From: Trypethelium eluteriae
Lineage: Eukaryota
Assembly: GCA_051942245.1 (NCBI GenBank)
Contig: JAVECL010000028.1
Location: forward strand, 62,001-91,049
Direction: 5' to 3'
Length of the DNA: 29,049 nucleotides
In this document: one piece after another, positions 12,711-25,042 of the stretch
Layout of the letters: every line of letters starts with the position of its first letter
How positions within the stretch are numbered: position 1 is the first letter of the stretch
Program-made: the position numbers and the translations under genes
The notes under the pieces: generated by a model
What the model saw: only the letters and a program-made list of their open reading frames with translations
What the model was told of the DNA's origin: nothing
The model's database searches: none

Positions 12711-14007
12711 CCTTTTTGGAAGATTACAGTCTTCCATGCCTACTTCGGACTACGCTTCATCAGCGACACGACTATCTTCAAGTTCATCTGGCTAGGTACT
12801 TTGATACAGCCAGGAGCATTACCTGGATGATACTTGAAGCGTTGTATCGCCAAATCTCCCTTTGAGAGAATGAGCGGGTTGACGTTCGGGAACCAGTTCA
12901 GTATCGACCCTCCCCCGCAGGTTCAAGAATTATCCACCATTTGCGTTGAACGACGGTCCAGATCGAATTGAATACTCAAGAGGTGTTTGGTGATGATCCA
13001 GAGCCGAATGGGCAATAGTGAGGCATCGACTGTATCCGTATGCTGGACCGTGTGGCGTTATTTGCAACGATTGTCGTGTAACGTCATCCCCTTGTTAGGT
13101 AAATGACTCAATCTCAACAACTCAGGAACGCGTGTGCCTGACACGGACACCTGTCGACCACAATTTTCCTGGCATGCACGTATCCTATGTGTCAGTATCA
13201 GGAGTTGCCCAAACTTTGGATCACCAAATATCAGTCAAAGCCTCGATATGCGATTCAGTCATTTGAGTTGATGTTCTCTGAGTTTCGCGCGAGGTGCGGA
13301 GGCAGTGACTCTTCACCACTATCGAGTACGGTACAGGTCAGCGGAACAGTCGCCTGAAATCCTGGCAAACGGTTGCACAGGTTGCTCAATAGCCACGCGG
13401 CTCGACCTCTCTGACATGGAGAAATTTGTGAACAGAACGATCGAGAAGTAATTACAATAGGTCGACGTCGTCTCAGCTTGCCAAGCTTGAAACGGAGAGT
13501 TGCGACAACGTCTGAGACGCAACATCATTTGCCCACATAGCTGACACGGAAAATTCGACGACAGTGAAGTCCTCAATCATATGATTCTGCCTCTTTCTAT
13601 CCGTCCTTCCATTCTCCTTGGCGAAACCATCGCCCTTTAGCGGCTCATGGCGAAACATCCTCCTAGTGCGATCTCTGACACACCTCAAGCAATACTCTTG
13701 GACTAGTCACTGGTACCGGCTCACGACATTCTCATCTGAAGATATGCGAGAGTCCCTGAGAAAGTCTGGAGATATGGTCTCGACCACGATCGGGCGACAA
13801 AATCTCAAACGAATGTACAGGTTCGGTTCGGTTAGGCCTGCTGAGAATCACTCAAGGATGGCCCAGACTTTCTAAAATTTCTAGGTTCCTCGATTTTGTC
13901 CGCACGGGTTCATGCCCAACTCAACAGCTCCTGCTTCCGCTCATTGCTACGGAACCTTCCCCTCGGATGTCCATACCAACGTGACTATGGAGGGGACCAT
14001 TAGGCCC

Positions 14008-15415
14008 TCAAGACATGAAGCGAGCTTTCTTGAGCTCATCATACTCCTCATCGATGTTTCCGCTCCAGATCCATTTCATCCGATCCTTCAGCTTGTCTCT
14101 AACAATAGGGAGACAGTCGTCGTAAGGAAGCTCCGCGCAATCAGGTATCTTCATTTGATAGACTAGTCCTGCTTCACGCGCCGTCTGTTGTGCCCTTTTC
14201 GCTCTCGGCAAACGGACGTCTTGATAGAGCCGCATATATGGTTCCAACCTGGTCATTACCTCTGCAGGCCTTGAAGCTTTGCTGAGACAGTCAGCTAAAG
14301 CGCGGGCAAGGATGTATCCGTCCTCTAAAGCCTGTCCAGCTCCCGCTCCTGGTCCTGAGTCAGTGGTCTACTTCTCCAATGCGGTTGCTCTACTGGTGAA
14401 CTGACCTTGATGAGGTAGCATTGCATGAGCAGCATCGCCCAGCAGCACAACCTTTCCTCCAAAAAATGTCCAATCGTCGAGAGGTTCCCGATCATTGAGC
14501 TTCCATTTCGATATTTCCGATGGCAAGAGTTTGATCAGTCTCCGCACAGTCCCATTGAAACCCTCATAATCTATCTCGGCCTCTTTTCTCCGCGACTTTG
14601 ATGTCCAACTCTCTCGGAGGTCTCCAAGTTCGGATTCAGGAACAGCTACAAAGGCCACAATGTTTAAGGACTGATTCCGGCTAATTGGAAAGACCAGGAA
14701 ATGCTTTCCAGGCCCTAAAAAGCTTACAGCAAAAGTTTCGAATGGCCACCACTCTTCGAGGTCAGCAATAGGGATAACTCCTCGATACGCGACTCGGCCA
14801 CTATAGAGTGGCCGATCTTGAAAGAATTGACCGCGAATGTTTGAATGAATTCCATCACAGCCTACCACTAGGCTTGACGTGATCGTTGTACCATCAGCAA
14901 AAGAGACATTTATTGTGTTGCCATTTTCCTAAGCATGTCGTTACTCTAAGCTTGTATACCGCGAGTTGCTGCTTTACCTTTACTGACTTGCACATCTTGC
15001 CAGTGTGTAATGTAGCAGCATCGCGCTCTTGTGTTGCCTTGACGAGTAGGTCAAGAAACTCGGCACGCGCTACAGGGGCTTGTCGGATAGGTCCCTCATC
15101 TTTAGCTGGGATGGTGAGAATCTCAGCGCCGTTGTCAAATCTGCGAAATGTTAACCAAACCCCTCGCCGAAAGCCCGCAATCGTGTTGAGCTGTGCTCCG
15201 ATGCCGATTTGATGAAGAAGCTTTGCTGCATTGGGTCCTATATGAACGCCAGCTCCAATCTCTTTGTACTGTGCCGCTTGTTCGTAAACATCAATTTTGA
15301 CCTTGACATTTGTCGCGCTACAGAAATGATGGATGAACAAGGCGCAGCATAAACCGCCGATACCGCCGCCAACTATGGTTATCTTAAATTGCCTTTCATC
15401 ATACTCTGGGTCCAT
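14008..15415 (-). CDS. Group A FAD-dependent monooxygenase (salicylate hydroxylase-like); exons 15415-14978, 14928-14406, 14348-14008
   Basis: Motifs IVGGGIGG, VYEQA...EIGAG, VVGCDGIHS (DG) and LLGDAAHAMLPHQ|GAGAGQALEDG (GD) are joined in frame by 49-nt and 57-nt GT-AG introns. Confidence 0.93.
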
Positions 15416-15961
15416 CTTTGTTGAATACGGACAAAAGAGATCCACAATCATGATGTTGCTTATGTTTTGAATGAGCCGATTCTTCACCAATTCGATTAGG
15501 TCGTCAAGGTATAATTCTACCGATCTTACATACCTCGGCATCATCAAACCGTCCTTCAGGGATCAATGGTCATCTCGTTATCCGATCCATGTCGTGCTTC
15601 TGGGGCCCACGAATTCAGCCCTGTAGCTAGAGTAGCTGTGCCGTACACCATGGTGCGGGGTTGAGATGCGGCTCTCGGCCACGGTGAAGGCGTGACGCAC
15701 CCCTTCATCTATGGGCAGTCATTTAATTACTCATGATGAAAGTGCTGGCGTTTTCGAAGCGTTTCTTTCCTTGCATTATTATTTCCTATCTACAAAAGCT
15801 TTGCGGACCTACACAATATACTGTGATTACCCTAGGAACTGATCGCAAGATTCGAGAAGCTAGATTGATCGATTGCTAAACCATTGTCGTACGCGAAAGT
15901 ACTCCGCAATTTTTCAGATTTGTGGCCTTCATTTCGTCAAAGTCAGTTACTGGCTTCAGAG

Positions 15962-17492
15962 ATGTTCGAAGGAGAACCAACAAAGACTGAAGCGTCCGTT
16001 ATCGAATCTTTCCAAACACCCAATGATGCGAAAGATTCCAACGGTATCTTACTTATTCCTCAACCCACGAATGACCCCGAAGATCCCCTCAATTGGCCAT
16101 CATGGCGTAAAAGGATAGTGCTTGTACAAGTCTCGCTGATCTCGTTCCTTTCTCTGTTTTCTGCGTCATTGATCGTAAGTAACCGGGCTTTTGAGAGCCG
16201 CCTTGCAAAGCTCACGTTGAACAAAGGTGCCTACCTTCGTACCTTTGGGAAAATATCTCCACAAGGACTTGACGGACGTTGCATACGTCGTCAGCATCTT
16301 CACTGCTATTATATCAATCTCGCCACTTGTTTGGAATCCCATTTCGAATGTCTACGGTCGCAGGCCAGTTTACATCGTGAACTTAATCGCCACTGTTGCC
16401 TTCTCCGCAGCGTCAGCAGCTTCTCATGATTACGGTACATTGCTTGCCATGCGAGCGTTGTGTGGTTTGTTGGGTACAGCCGCATTAGGTCTTGGCCCTG
16501 CAACAGTTTGCGATCTTTTTTTTGCACATGAACGCGGACGCTACATGGGCGTTTATACACTTTCTTTCATTACTGGAGGACATATTGCTCCAATAATTGG
16601 CGGATACATCGAAAAGAATCTGACATGGCGATGGTGTTTTTATGTACCAGCAATCATCGCAGCTGCGCTGTTGATTTCCTTCATCTTGACTGTACCGGAA
16701 ACTCTTTATTCACGGACACTTGATCAATCTACGAACTCTCAGCCAGGCTCTGTCCAGAAGATTTTGATGTTACGGAGAGCTGCTCCTTCGAATAGACTTC
16801 GGCCGATCGATTTTCTGCGTCCTTTTCAAATGTTATTATACCCCAGTGTAGTAGTTCCGACTGTCTATTATGCTACCAGCTTTGGATATGGGACCATTCT
16901 CTTTATTTTGACCTCAACCAACATATTTTCTCAACTATATCACCTACAGCCCTACCAAGTTGGCGTACTTCTGGGAATACCTTTGACTGTTGGCAGTGTC
17001 ATAGGCGAGTGCTGCGCTGGCTACTTGTCCGACTTGGTAAGCGAGAGGCGTGCAATCCATCGGGGAGGCAAGAGAATACCAGAGGATAGATTCCTCGCCA
17101 TTTATCCAGGAGCAATTCTGTTGCCGCTTGGTGTCGCAATCGAAGGCGTCTGTATTACACACAAAACACACTGGATTGGACCAGCAATGGGAGTCGCCAT
17201 CGCAAGCTTCGGGCTACAGATTGTGACAACAATCATTTACGCCTATATTGCAGACTGCTACAAGCCGCAGTCAGCAGAAATTGGCGCGGTGCTCAACTTT
17301 ACTCGCCAGATCTTCAGTTTCTGCGTTGGCTTCTATGCAATCCAGACGGGCCAAATGATTGGATTCCAGGATGCTTGGATTATATGGGCTTGTATTAACG
17401 TTGCTACTTTCTTGCCCGTCATAATTCTTGTATGGAAGGGGGAGCGATGGCGTAGAGCTTTAGGTACACCTAAATTCCACAATGATTTGTAA
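15962..17492 (+). CDS. MFS transporter (DHA1-like); exons 15962-16174 and 16227-17492
   Basis: LIPQPTNDPEDPLNW N-terminal motif, 52-nt intron GTAAGT...AAG, YGRRPVY motif A, DLFFAHERG, WRWCF, PETLY, PEDR and YIADCY. Many hydrophobic segments. The start ATG is inferred. Confidence 0.93.
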
Positions 17493-17623
17493 ATGGCCTG
17501 AATTAGAGCGGAGAAGAATACTTGATGAAGCTTCTTTTCTCAAAATATGGTTTGAAGCATATCATACTAGTTTTCACCAGAATTTTTTCTGCAACCTGCT
17601 AGGAAATTTATATTTTATGTAGT

Positions 17624-18059
17624 CTAGTAAAGGTTGTGCCATAACACTCCCAAATCTTTTTTCTCTTTTTCTATCATCGCTTTGGCCTTATTATTGTCGA
17701 ATTCATAATCCTTTAGATAAGACATCTTATTCACATTGCTTTTGTTCGCCATGTTGAAATTCTTGTTGGCTGCCGTAACTGCCGCCGAATTCCTGGCAAC
17801 AAGAATAAGATCGCAAACTTCTCCATCTTTAGCCAATACAGCGATCAGTGTGCTAAAAATGGCTACTGCTTTTAAGAAGCTGAGAGCTTAAAATAAAGTA
17901 AGATGGATACAATATGAAAGGAGCGATACTTTTACGTTCCTTATAAACGACTTCTTTGTTCTTGGGATTTATTCTTGAGATTCAACGTCTTTATCAGTTC
18001 TTTGTCGATCAAGCGATGTTTTGATGAACGTCGCTGTACTTGAGACCTTTGTCGGACAT
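17624..18059 (-). pseudogene. Probable two-exon pseudogene of unknown family, inactivated by RIP-type transitions
   Basis: ATG at 18059 gives MSDKGLKYSDVHQNIA*STKN**RR*ISRINPKNKEVVYKE. A 49-nt phase-1 GT..AG intron (17935-17887) joins it in frame to an open exon, PLSFLKAVAIFSTLIAVLAKDGEVCD...WHNLY*. All four stops (3 TGA, 1 TAA) are one transition from sense codons. Confidence 0.4.
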
Positions 18060-18728
18060 AAGGCGGAGATTTTATTGGAGCAAATCAAGACGCTGAGGAG
18101 ACTGGAAAATCAAGCTGAAGTATTGAGTTAGTAAGACAGCAGCAAAAGACAGTTGTTTAAACATGGAAACTAAGGACATTAACAGTTTTATTATGATCAA
18201 AAACATGGCGTTGAAAGATGATAATAATGAGAAATTTACGACATTTAAATCGTTTAAAGAGTAAAACAGCTGATGACAATAAGCAGTATTAGGCGAAGGG
18301 ATTAAAAATGAAGAGGATTAAAACCGGGAGTACAGCAGAAGCTGAAGCTAAATAATAAATGGGGCTGTATCAGCGCTGTCCATACTGTATAACATATCAG
18401 CCTAATTAGGTTGAAGAGAAGAAAAAGGGCGATTAGGCACAGCCAGCTGATGCGATTTTCAAAGGAGCAGAGAGAAAGGTAGGAGCAAGAACACAAGATT
18501 AGGACAGACAGTTGGTGGGGGAAGGGGGCTTTTATAGACATCAAAAGCAGCACCGGCGTGACACCTGAACGGGGCCCAGCACAGGTGCAGGACCAGCTGG
18601 AAACGGGCTGCACCGGGACCAACATTATCCATATAAGCCTAAGTCTTGATGATTTGAGTCTCTTCTTGGGATAAACCTTTCGCTGCTTTTACATAACAAT
18701 GTACCAACATCATGGTCCGTAATTGGCA

Positions 18729-21700
18729 CCTAGCCGAGAGGATCGCACGAACGGACCATGATTCGTCCCGATCGGGCTAGGGTTCGGGTGTCGCTAGACC
18801 CGTTCGGGCGGGCCCGAGGGGTTCTTTCGCGGTGTCTGTAGGGTTTATTCATTCCCTCTTCCACCCCGGTTACTGGAGGTAAATACGGTATTAATTGCGT
18901 TGCATAATTTAGGAGAACCTGATTTCTGTCTTAAATTACAGAAATAGAACTGTGGAAGAAGAATGTGAGAGATCCTTATAATTGTAATAATAAAGTTCTG
19001 CTGGAATGCATAAATTGCAACTACCGCAGTAAGTAGAATATTAAAATAATAATAAGCAGCAGCAACTACCCCCAAATATACTATTATTATAGAAGAGGCT
19101 AAACAGCAGCTTTATTATCTCCAGCAATATTATATTTTTATTTATTAGCAACATGCAACTAGAATTAAGAATTTATAAATACATCTCCGCAATTATTACA
19201 CACTCCTAATTAATATATGGATAGCATTTATTAAGAAATACTATTATTAATGGATTAAAAAGCCCAAAGAAGTGGATTAGCCGCTGCTAATATGCCTGTT
19301 ATTTTTAGTACTGGGTCTGCTATTAAAAGGGTTTTATTATACTATTATAATATATAATTATTTAATAATTAATTAAAATGTGCTATAAATATATTAAAAA
19401 TAAAAATACAGCTTATTGTGGTGTAAAAAGGATGTAAATAGCTACTTTAAATAAGTTTTTTTATAAATGTTTTTTTAAGCAGGTGCATAACAGTAATACT
19501 TTATTATTTAAGTAAGTCACATTAGTGCACTATTTAAGCAGTAAGCAATTATTAATTCTCTTTTAAATAAATAAAAAAGCACACAAGAATAAGTGGAGCA
19601 AAAAGCATAAGTAATTAATATAAAAGTAATAAAAAATAACCAAACTGGCTGGTATAATTAAATAGGTTAGCTGTTATATTTAATAAACTAAAACTATTAA
19701 TATTTAGCTGCTATAATCCAGCTCCTTAAAAAGAATAAAATTAAGCTATAATAAGCAGCTTGAGCAGTTAAGTAGGTAATAAAGCAGGGGGTCTAAGGAT
19801 TATTAATATTAGTTTAAAAAATATAGCGCTGGCTGCGGAGTGTGAAATATAAAGAGGTTAATTAACAGCTGTTAGCATAACTGCAGAATATTAAAAGTTA
19901 GCAATAATATACTGGGTATTTTATTATATTTATTTATTATATACTCCGGATTATTCAGAATAAAGAAAAGCAGGAGTAATAATAATAAAATAACAATAAT
20001 AAAGAGTACAGTAAGGAAGAGAGTAAAAGTAATAAAATAAGTAATAATAAATCTAATTTTGGTTCTAATATCAGTCTTACTTATACTGGTTTTAGCCAGG
20101 AGGATAAAAGACTGGATTACTTTTAAGATGCCTATAAGATGTTTTTATAATAAGGAGCATAAAAAGAGTTAGTAATATCGCTATAACAGCAGTTAAATAA
20201 AGCAAATAAATAGGAGCATATTAGCAGTCTCTTTGCAGTGCTATAATTATTTATTTTAATAATAACTGGGGATAACCCATTTATAAGTAAATTAATTCAT
20301 TTTTTTAGCTATTCTTAGGATTAATAAAGAGATGGATTAACTGCGGACAGCAAAAAGCTATTTATACATACTCGCTGGTGTGGTTTACTGTGTGCAGGTA
20401 ATTACTGTTAAGATTTTGCTGCTATTAAGTAAATGGAAGTGGCAGGGAGATAAATAATAGGCGTACTTTCTAAATAAATATAAACAATACTTAATCAACA
20501 GGTTGTACAGTCTAATAAGCAAAATGCTTAGTCTACTCGCATATAGCAAAGCAATTAAATTAAATACTAGTAATGCAGGGCAAACATAATAGTTATAAAA
20601 TAGCAAATAGTTTTATATTTATAAACAACTGGTTATAATTTAATAGTTTTAATAAATAGCATAAGATTTTATGCACAAAATAGAAGATGGTCTTTAGAAA
20701 AAACTAATGTGGGTAACAGACTGTACAGCGCGGTTTATTATTCTAATAAAGCAGTTAGTTAATAATATTATATTCACACAGCAAGGAGTCTTAATAATTA
20801 ACCAAGCTAGAAATTAACTTAAGGGGGGGCTAAAGTAGATGCTAGAACAGATATTAAGGAGTCTGACTGGACAAAACATGCAGTTATAAGGTGGGCAATA
20901 AAAGCAATAATATGTACGGCAATACTTATGTTAAGTTAAGTAGTAGCTAGAATAGCTGCTTGCAAGTATACATATTACATCCGGACAACCAGCATAAGGG
21001 ACTAAAATCATAATAATGCGGCATTATAACAGCTTTTTATAAGATTGCAATATTTTTATGGTGGATGGGTAAGTAATAATTATAATCCAGTATTATAAAT
21101 CACAGTTATAATAGGATAAACCAAAGATTGTGCCCTATTTTTTGCTGGTATAACTAGGGCATATAATAGTGATTTATTTAGCGTATGTGCAGCAGTAGGT
21201 AGAATATCTCTAAGTACAAGTATTGGGTGAGACTGGTAGGGATTATAATTACATATGGGCTAATAAGCAGGGCCTATGGGATACAGGTTGTATAATACAT
21301 ATTATTAAGCATAAGACAGCAAAGCGGTTAGGGGTGATATTAATAACACTAAACTATTAACATGTTGCTATAGGCATTAGACAGCGGATAATAGGGGAGT
21401 AATTTAGTTAGGGGTATTAGGATAATATTGGAGAAGGGGAAGAAGCTAAAGTGGAAAAAGAAAAGGGCGAGAGTGTGCTGGAGCTGTAGAGTGCTTATAC
21501 AACACAGATTGGGATTAATAATTACAGTATTCTAATTAATATTATTAAATATTTAAGTAAGCGATTAATTAAGGTCTTTTAGCTATTAAGTAAACAGTAG
21601 CATTAGTTTTTAGGGCTTATTATAAACCGGGATTAACAATAAAAGCTAAAGCAAGAGATTAAAGATTAAATAACTGGGCTGGGAATTAAGCAAACAAAAA

Positions 21701-21785
21701 TAATAGTAAAGAAGAATAACCATATAAAAATTAAGAGAGAGGAACAGATAAAAGTAGGAGTAAATACTAAGCAGAGGGCGGAAGG
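18729..21785 (+). mobile_element. Copy 1 of the DUF3505/YR-like/RecQ element: heavily RIP-mutated, 3'-truncated before the helicase
   Basis: Colinear with ~25041-28096 (offset 6312, then 6311 after one extra T near 20300). Differences are almost all C>T and G>A, giving many TAA stops. Confidence 0.92.
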
Positions 21786-21864
21786 TGTTACGACCCAGCC
21801 GCGTCAAGACTGAACGCCATCTCCTTTGTACTTGCTGCAAGCGTTCCACAGACAGGTCGTAACA
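21786..21864. mobile_element. 79-bp TG...CA element with 10-bp terminal inverted repeats (mini solo-LTR or MITE-like)
   Basis: TGTTACGACC (21786-21795) and GGTCGTAACA (21855-21864) are exact reverse complements. TGTTACG...CGTAACA ends are typical of fungal Gypsy LTRs. No target-site duplication (GAAGG vs AGTAA). Confidence 0.65.
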
Positions 21865-21932
21865 AGTAAAGGTCACGTGACTGATTAGTGGTGATAAGCC
21901 ACAGATTAGGATAGAGCGATCTAGGGTGATCA

Positions 21933-24900
21933 CCCTATCCGAGAGGATCGCACGAACGGACCATGATTCGTCCCGATCGGGCTAGGGTTGGGGTATCGCT
22001 AGACCCGTTCGGGCGGGCCCAAGGGGTTCTTTCGCGGTGTCTGTAGGGTTCATTCATTCCCTCTTCCACCCCGGTTACTGGAGGCAAACACGGTATTAAT
22101 TGCGTCGCACGATCTAGGAGAACCTGATTTCCGTCTCAGATTACAGAAATAGAAGCGTGGAAGAAGAGTGCGAGCGATCCTCATAATTATAATAATGGAG
22201 TTCTGCTGGAATGCATAGACCGCGACCGCCGCAGTAGGAGGAACATCAAAATAACGACAAGCAGCAGCAACCGCCCCCAAACATACTGTTACTATAAAAG
22301 AGGCTGAACAGCAGCTTTATTATCTCCGGCGATATTATATTCTTATTTATCAGCAATATGCAACTGCAATTAAGAATTTATAAACACATCTCCGCGACCA
22401 CTACACACTCCTGATTGACGTACGGACAGCACTTATTAAGAAATACCGTTATTAATGGATTAAAAAGCCTAAGGAAGTGGATTAGCTGCCGCTGATGTGC
22501 CCGCTATTTTTGATACTGGGTCCGCTGTTGGAAGGGTTTTATTGTACCGTCACAATGTGTGACTATCTAACAGTCAATTAAGACGTGCTATGGATACATT
22601 AAAAATAAAAACACCGCTTATTGTGGTGTAAAAAGGACGTGGATAGCTACTTTGAACAAGTTTCTTTATAGACGTTTTTTTAAGCGGGTGCACAGCGGCA
22701 ATACTTTACTGTTTAAGCAAGTCACACTAGTGCACTATCTGAGCAGCAAGCAACTGTCGATTCTTTTTTGGATGAATAAAAAAGCACACAAGAATGAGTA
22801 AAGCAAGAGGCACAGGTGGTTGATGCAGAAGTAGCCAAAAATAACCGAACTGGCTGGTATAATTAAATGGGTTGGCCGTCACATCTAGCGAACCAAAACT
22901 GTTGATATCTAGCTGCTGCAATCCGGCTCCCGGAAAAGAATAAAACTAAGCTATAATAAGCAGCTTAAGCAGTTAAGCGGGCAGTGGAGCAGGGGGTCTA
23001 AGAATTGTCAATATTGGCTTAAGAAACGCGGCGCTGGCTGCGGAGTGCGAAGCGCGAAGAGGTTAATTAACAGCCATTAGCGCGACTGCAGAATATTAAG
23101 AGTTAGCAATAATATACTGGGTATTTTATTATATTTGTCTGTTATACACTCCGGATTATTCAGAATAAAGAAAAGCGGGAGTAATAATAATAAAATAATA
23201 ATAATAAAGAGCATAATAAAGAAGAGAGTAAAAGTAATAAAATAAGTAATAATAAATCTGGTTCTGGTTCTAATGTTAGTCTTACTTATACTGGTTCTTA
23301 CCGGGAGGATAAGAGACTGGATTACTTTTAAAATACCCATAAGATATTTCTATAGCAAGGAGCACAGAAAAAGTTAATAATATCGCTATAACAGTAATTA
23401 AATAAAATAAATAAACAGGAGCATATTAGCAGTCTCTTTACAATGCTGCAGTTATTTATTTTAACAACAACTGGGGATAACCTATTTATAAGTAGATTAA
23501 TTCATTTTTTAGCTATTCTTAGGATTAATAAAGAGATGGAGTAACTACGGACAGCAAAAAGCTATTTATACATGCTCACTGGTGTGGTTTATTATGTGCG
23601 GGTGGTTGCCGTTAAGATTTTGCTGCTGTTGAGTAAACAGGAGTGGCAGGGAGATGAACAATAGGCGTACTTTCTAAACAAATATAAATAATACTTAGTT
23701 AATAGGTTGTACAGTCTGATGAGCAAAATGCTTAATTTACTCGCATATAATAAAGCTATTGGATTAAATACTAATAACGCAGGGCAAATGCAATGGTTAT
23801 AAAATAGCAAACAGTTTTACATTTATGGACAACCGGTCGTAATTTAACAGTTTTAATAGATAGCACAAAATCTTATGCACAAAGTGGAAAATAGTCTTTA
23901 GGAAAAACTGATATGGGTAACAGACTGTATAGCGCGGTTTATTATTCTAATAAAGCAGTTAATTAACAATGTTACATTCACACAGTAAGGAGTCTCAGTA
24001 ATTAACTAAGCTGGAAATTAACTTAAGGGGGGGCTAAAGTAGATGCTGGAACAGATATTAAGGAGTCCGACTGGACAAGACATGCGGTTATAAGGTGGGC
24101 AGTAGAAGCGATGAGATGTACGGCAATACTTATGTCAAGTCAAGCAGTGGCTAGAATAGCTGCTTGTAAGCATACACATCACATCCGGATAACCGGCATA
24201 GGGGACCAAAATTACAACAATGCGGCATCACAACAGCTTTTTATAGGATTGCAATATTTTTGTGGTGGATAGGCAAGTAATAACTGTAATCCGGTATTAT
24301 AAATCATAGTCACAATAGGACAAACCAAAGATTGTGCCCTATTTCTTGCCAGTACAGCTAGGGCATATAATAGTGATTTATCTAGCGTATGTGCAGCAGT
24401 GGGTAGAATATCTCCAAGTATAAGTATTAGGTAAGACCGGTAGGGATTATAATTACATATAAGCTGATAAGCGGGGCCTATGGGATACAGGTTGTATAAC
24501 ACATATTATTAAGCACAAGACAGCAAAGTGGTTGGGGGTGATATTAATAATACTAGACTATTAATATGTTGCTATAAGCATTAGACAGCGGATAGTGGGG
24601 GAGCAATTTAGTTGGGGGTATTAGGATAATATTGGAGAAGGGGAAGAAGCTAAAGTGGAAGAAGAAGAGGGCAAGAGTGTGCTGGAGCTGCAGAGTGCTT
24701 ATACAACATAGATTAGGATTAATAATTATAGTATTCCAGTTGATATTATTAAATATTTAAGTAAGCGATTAATTAAGGTCTTTTAGCTATTAAGTAAACA
24801 ATAGCATTAGTTTTTAGGGCTTATTATGGACTGGGATTAATAATAAAAGCTAAGGCGAGAGATTTAAAATTAAATAACTGGGCTGGGAATTAAGCAAATA

Positions 24901-25042
24901 AAAATAACAGTAAAGAAGAATAGCGGTATAAAAATTAAGAGAGAGGAATAAATAAAAGTGGGAGCAGATGCTGAGCAGAGGGCGGAAGGGATTGATAAAG
25001 GACATATTAAGAATTAACAACCATATAACACAACCGAACCCC
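21933..25042 (+). mobile_element. Copy 2 of the element: moderately to heavily RIP-mutated, 3'-truncated before the helicase
   Basis: Colinear with 25040-28149 (offset 3107 at both ends). Divergence is transition-dominated. It abuts copy 3 directly with CCC overlap. Confidence 0.92.

Noticed and set aside
13300..13900. Short ORFs or possible decayed gene between the cupredoxin and the monooxygenase
   Set aside because: Multiple stops and no recognisable family motif, so it cannot be supported without a search.
18845..24502. Minus-strand Leu/Ile/Tyr-rich ORFs (18845, 20385, 21646, 22050, 22727, 23077, 23592, 24212)
   Set aside because: These are antisense shadows of the RIP-mutated element frame (TAA reads TTA on the other strand) and recur in each copy.
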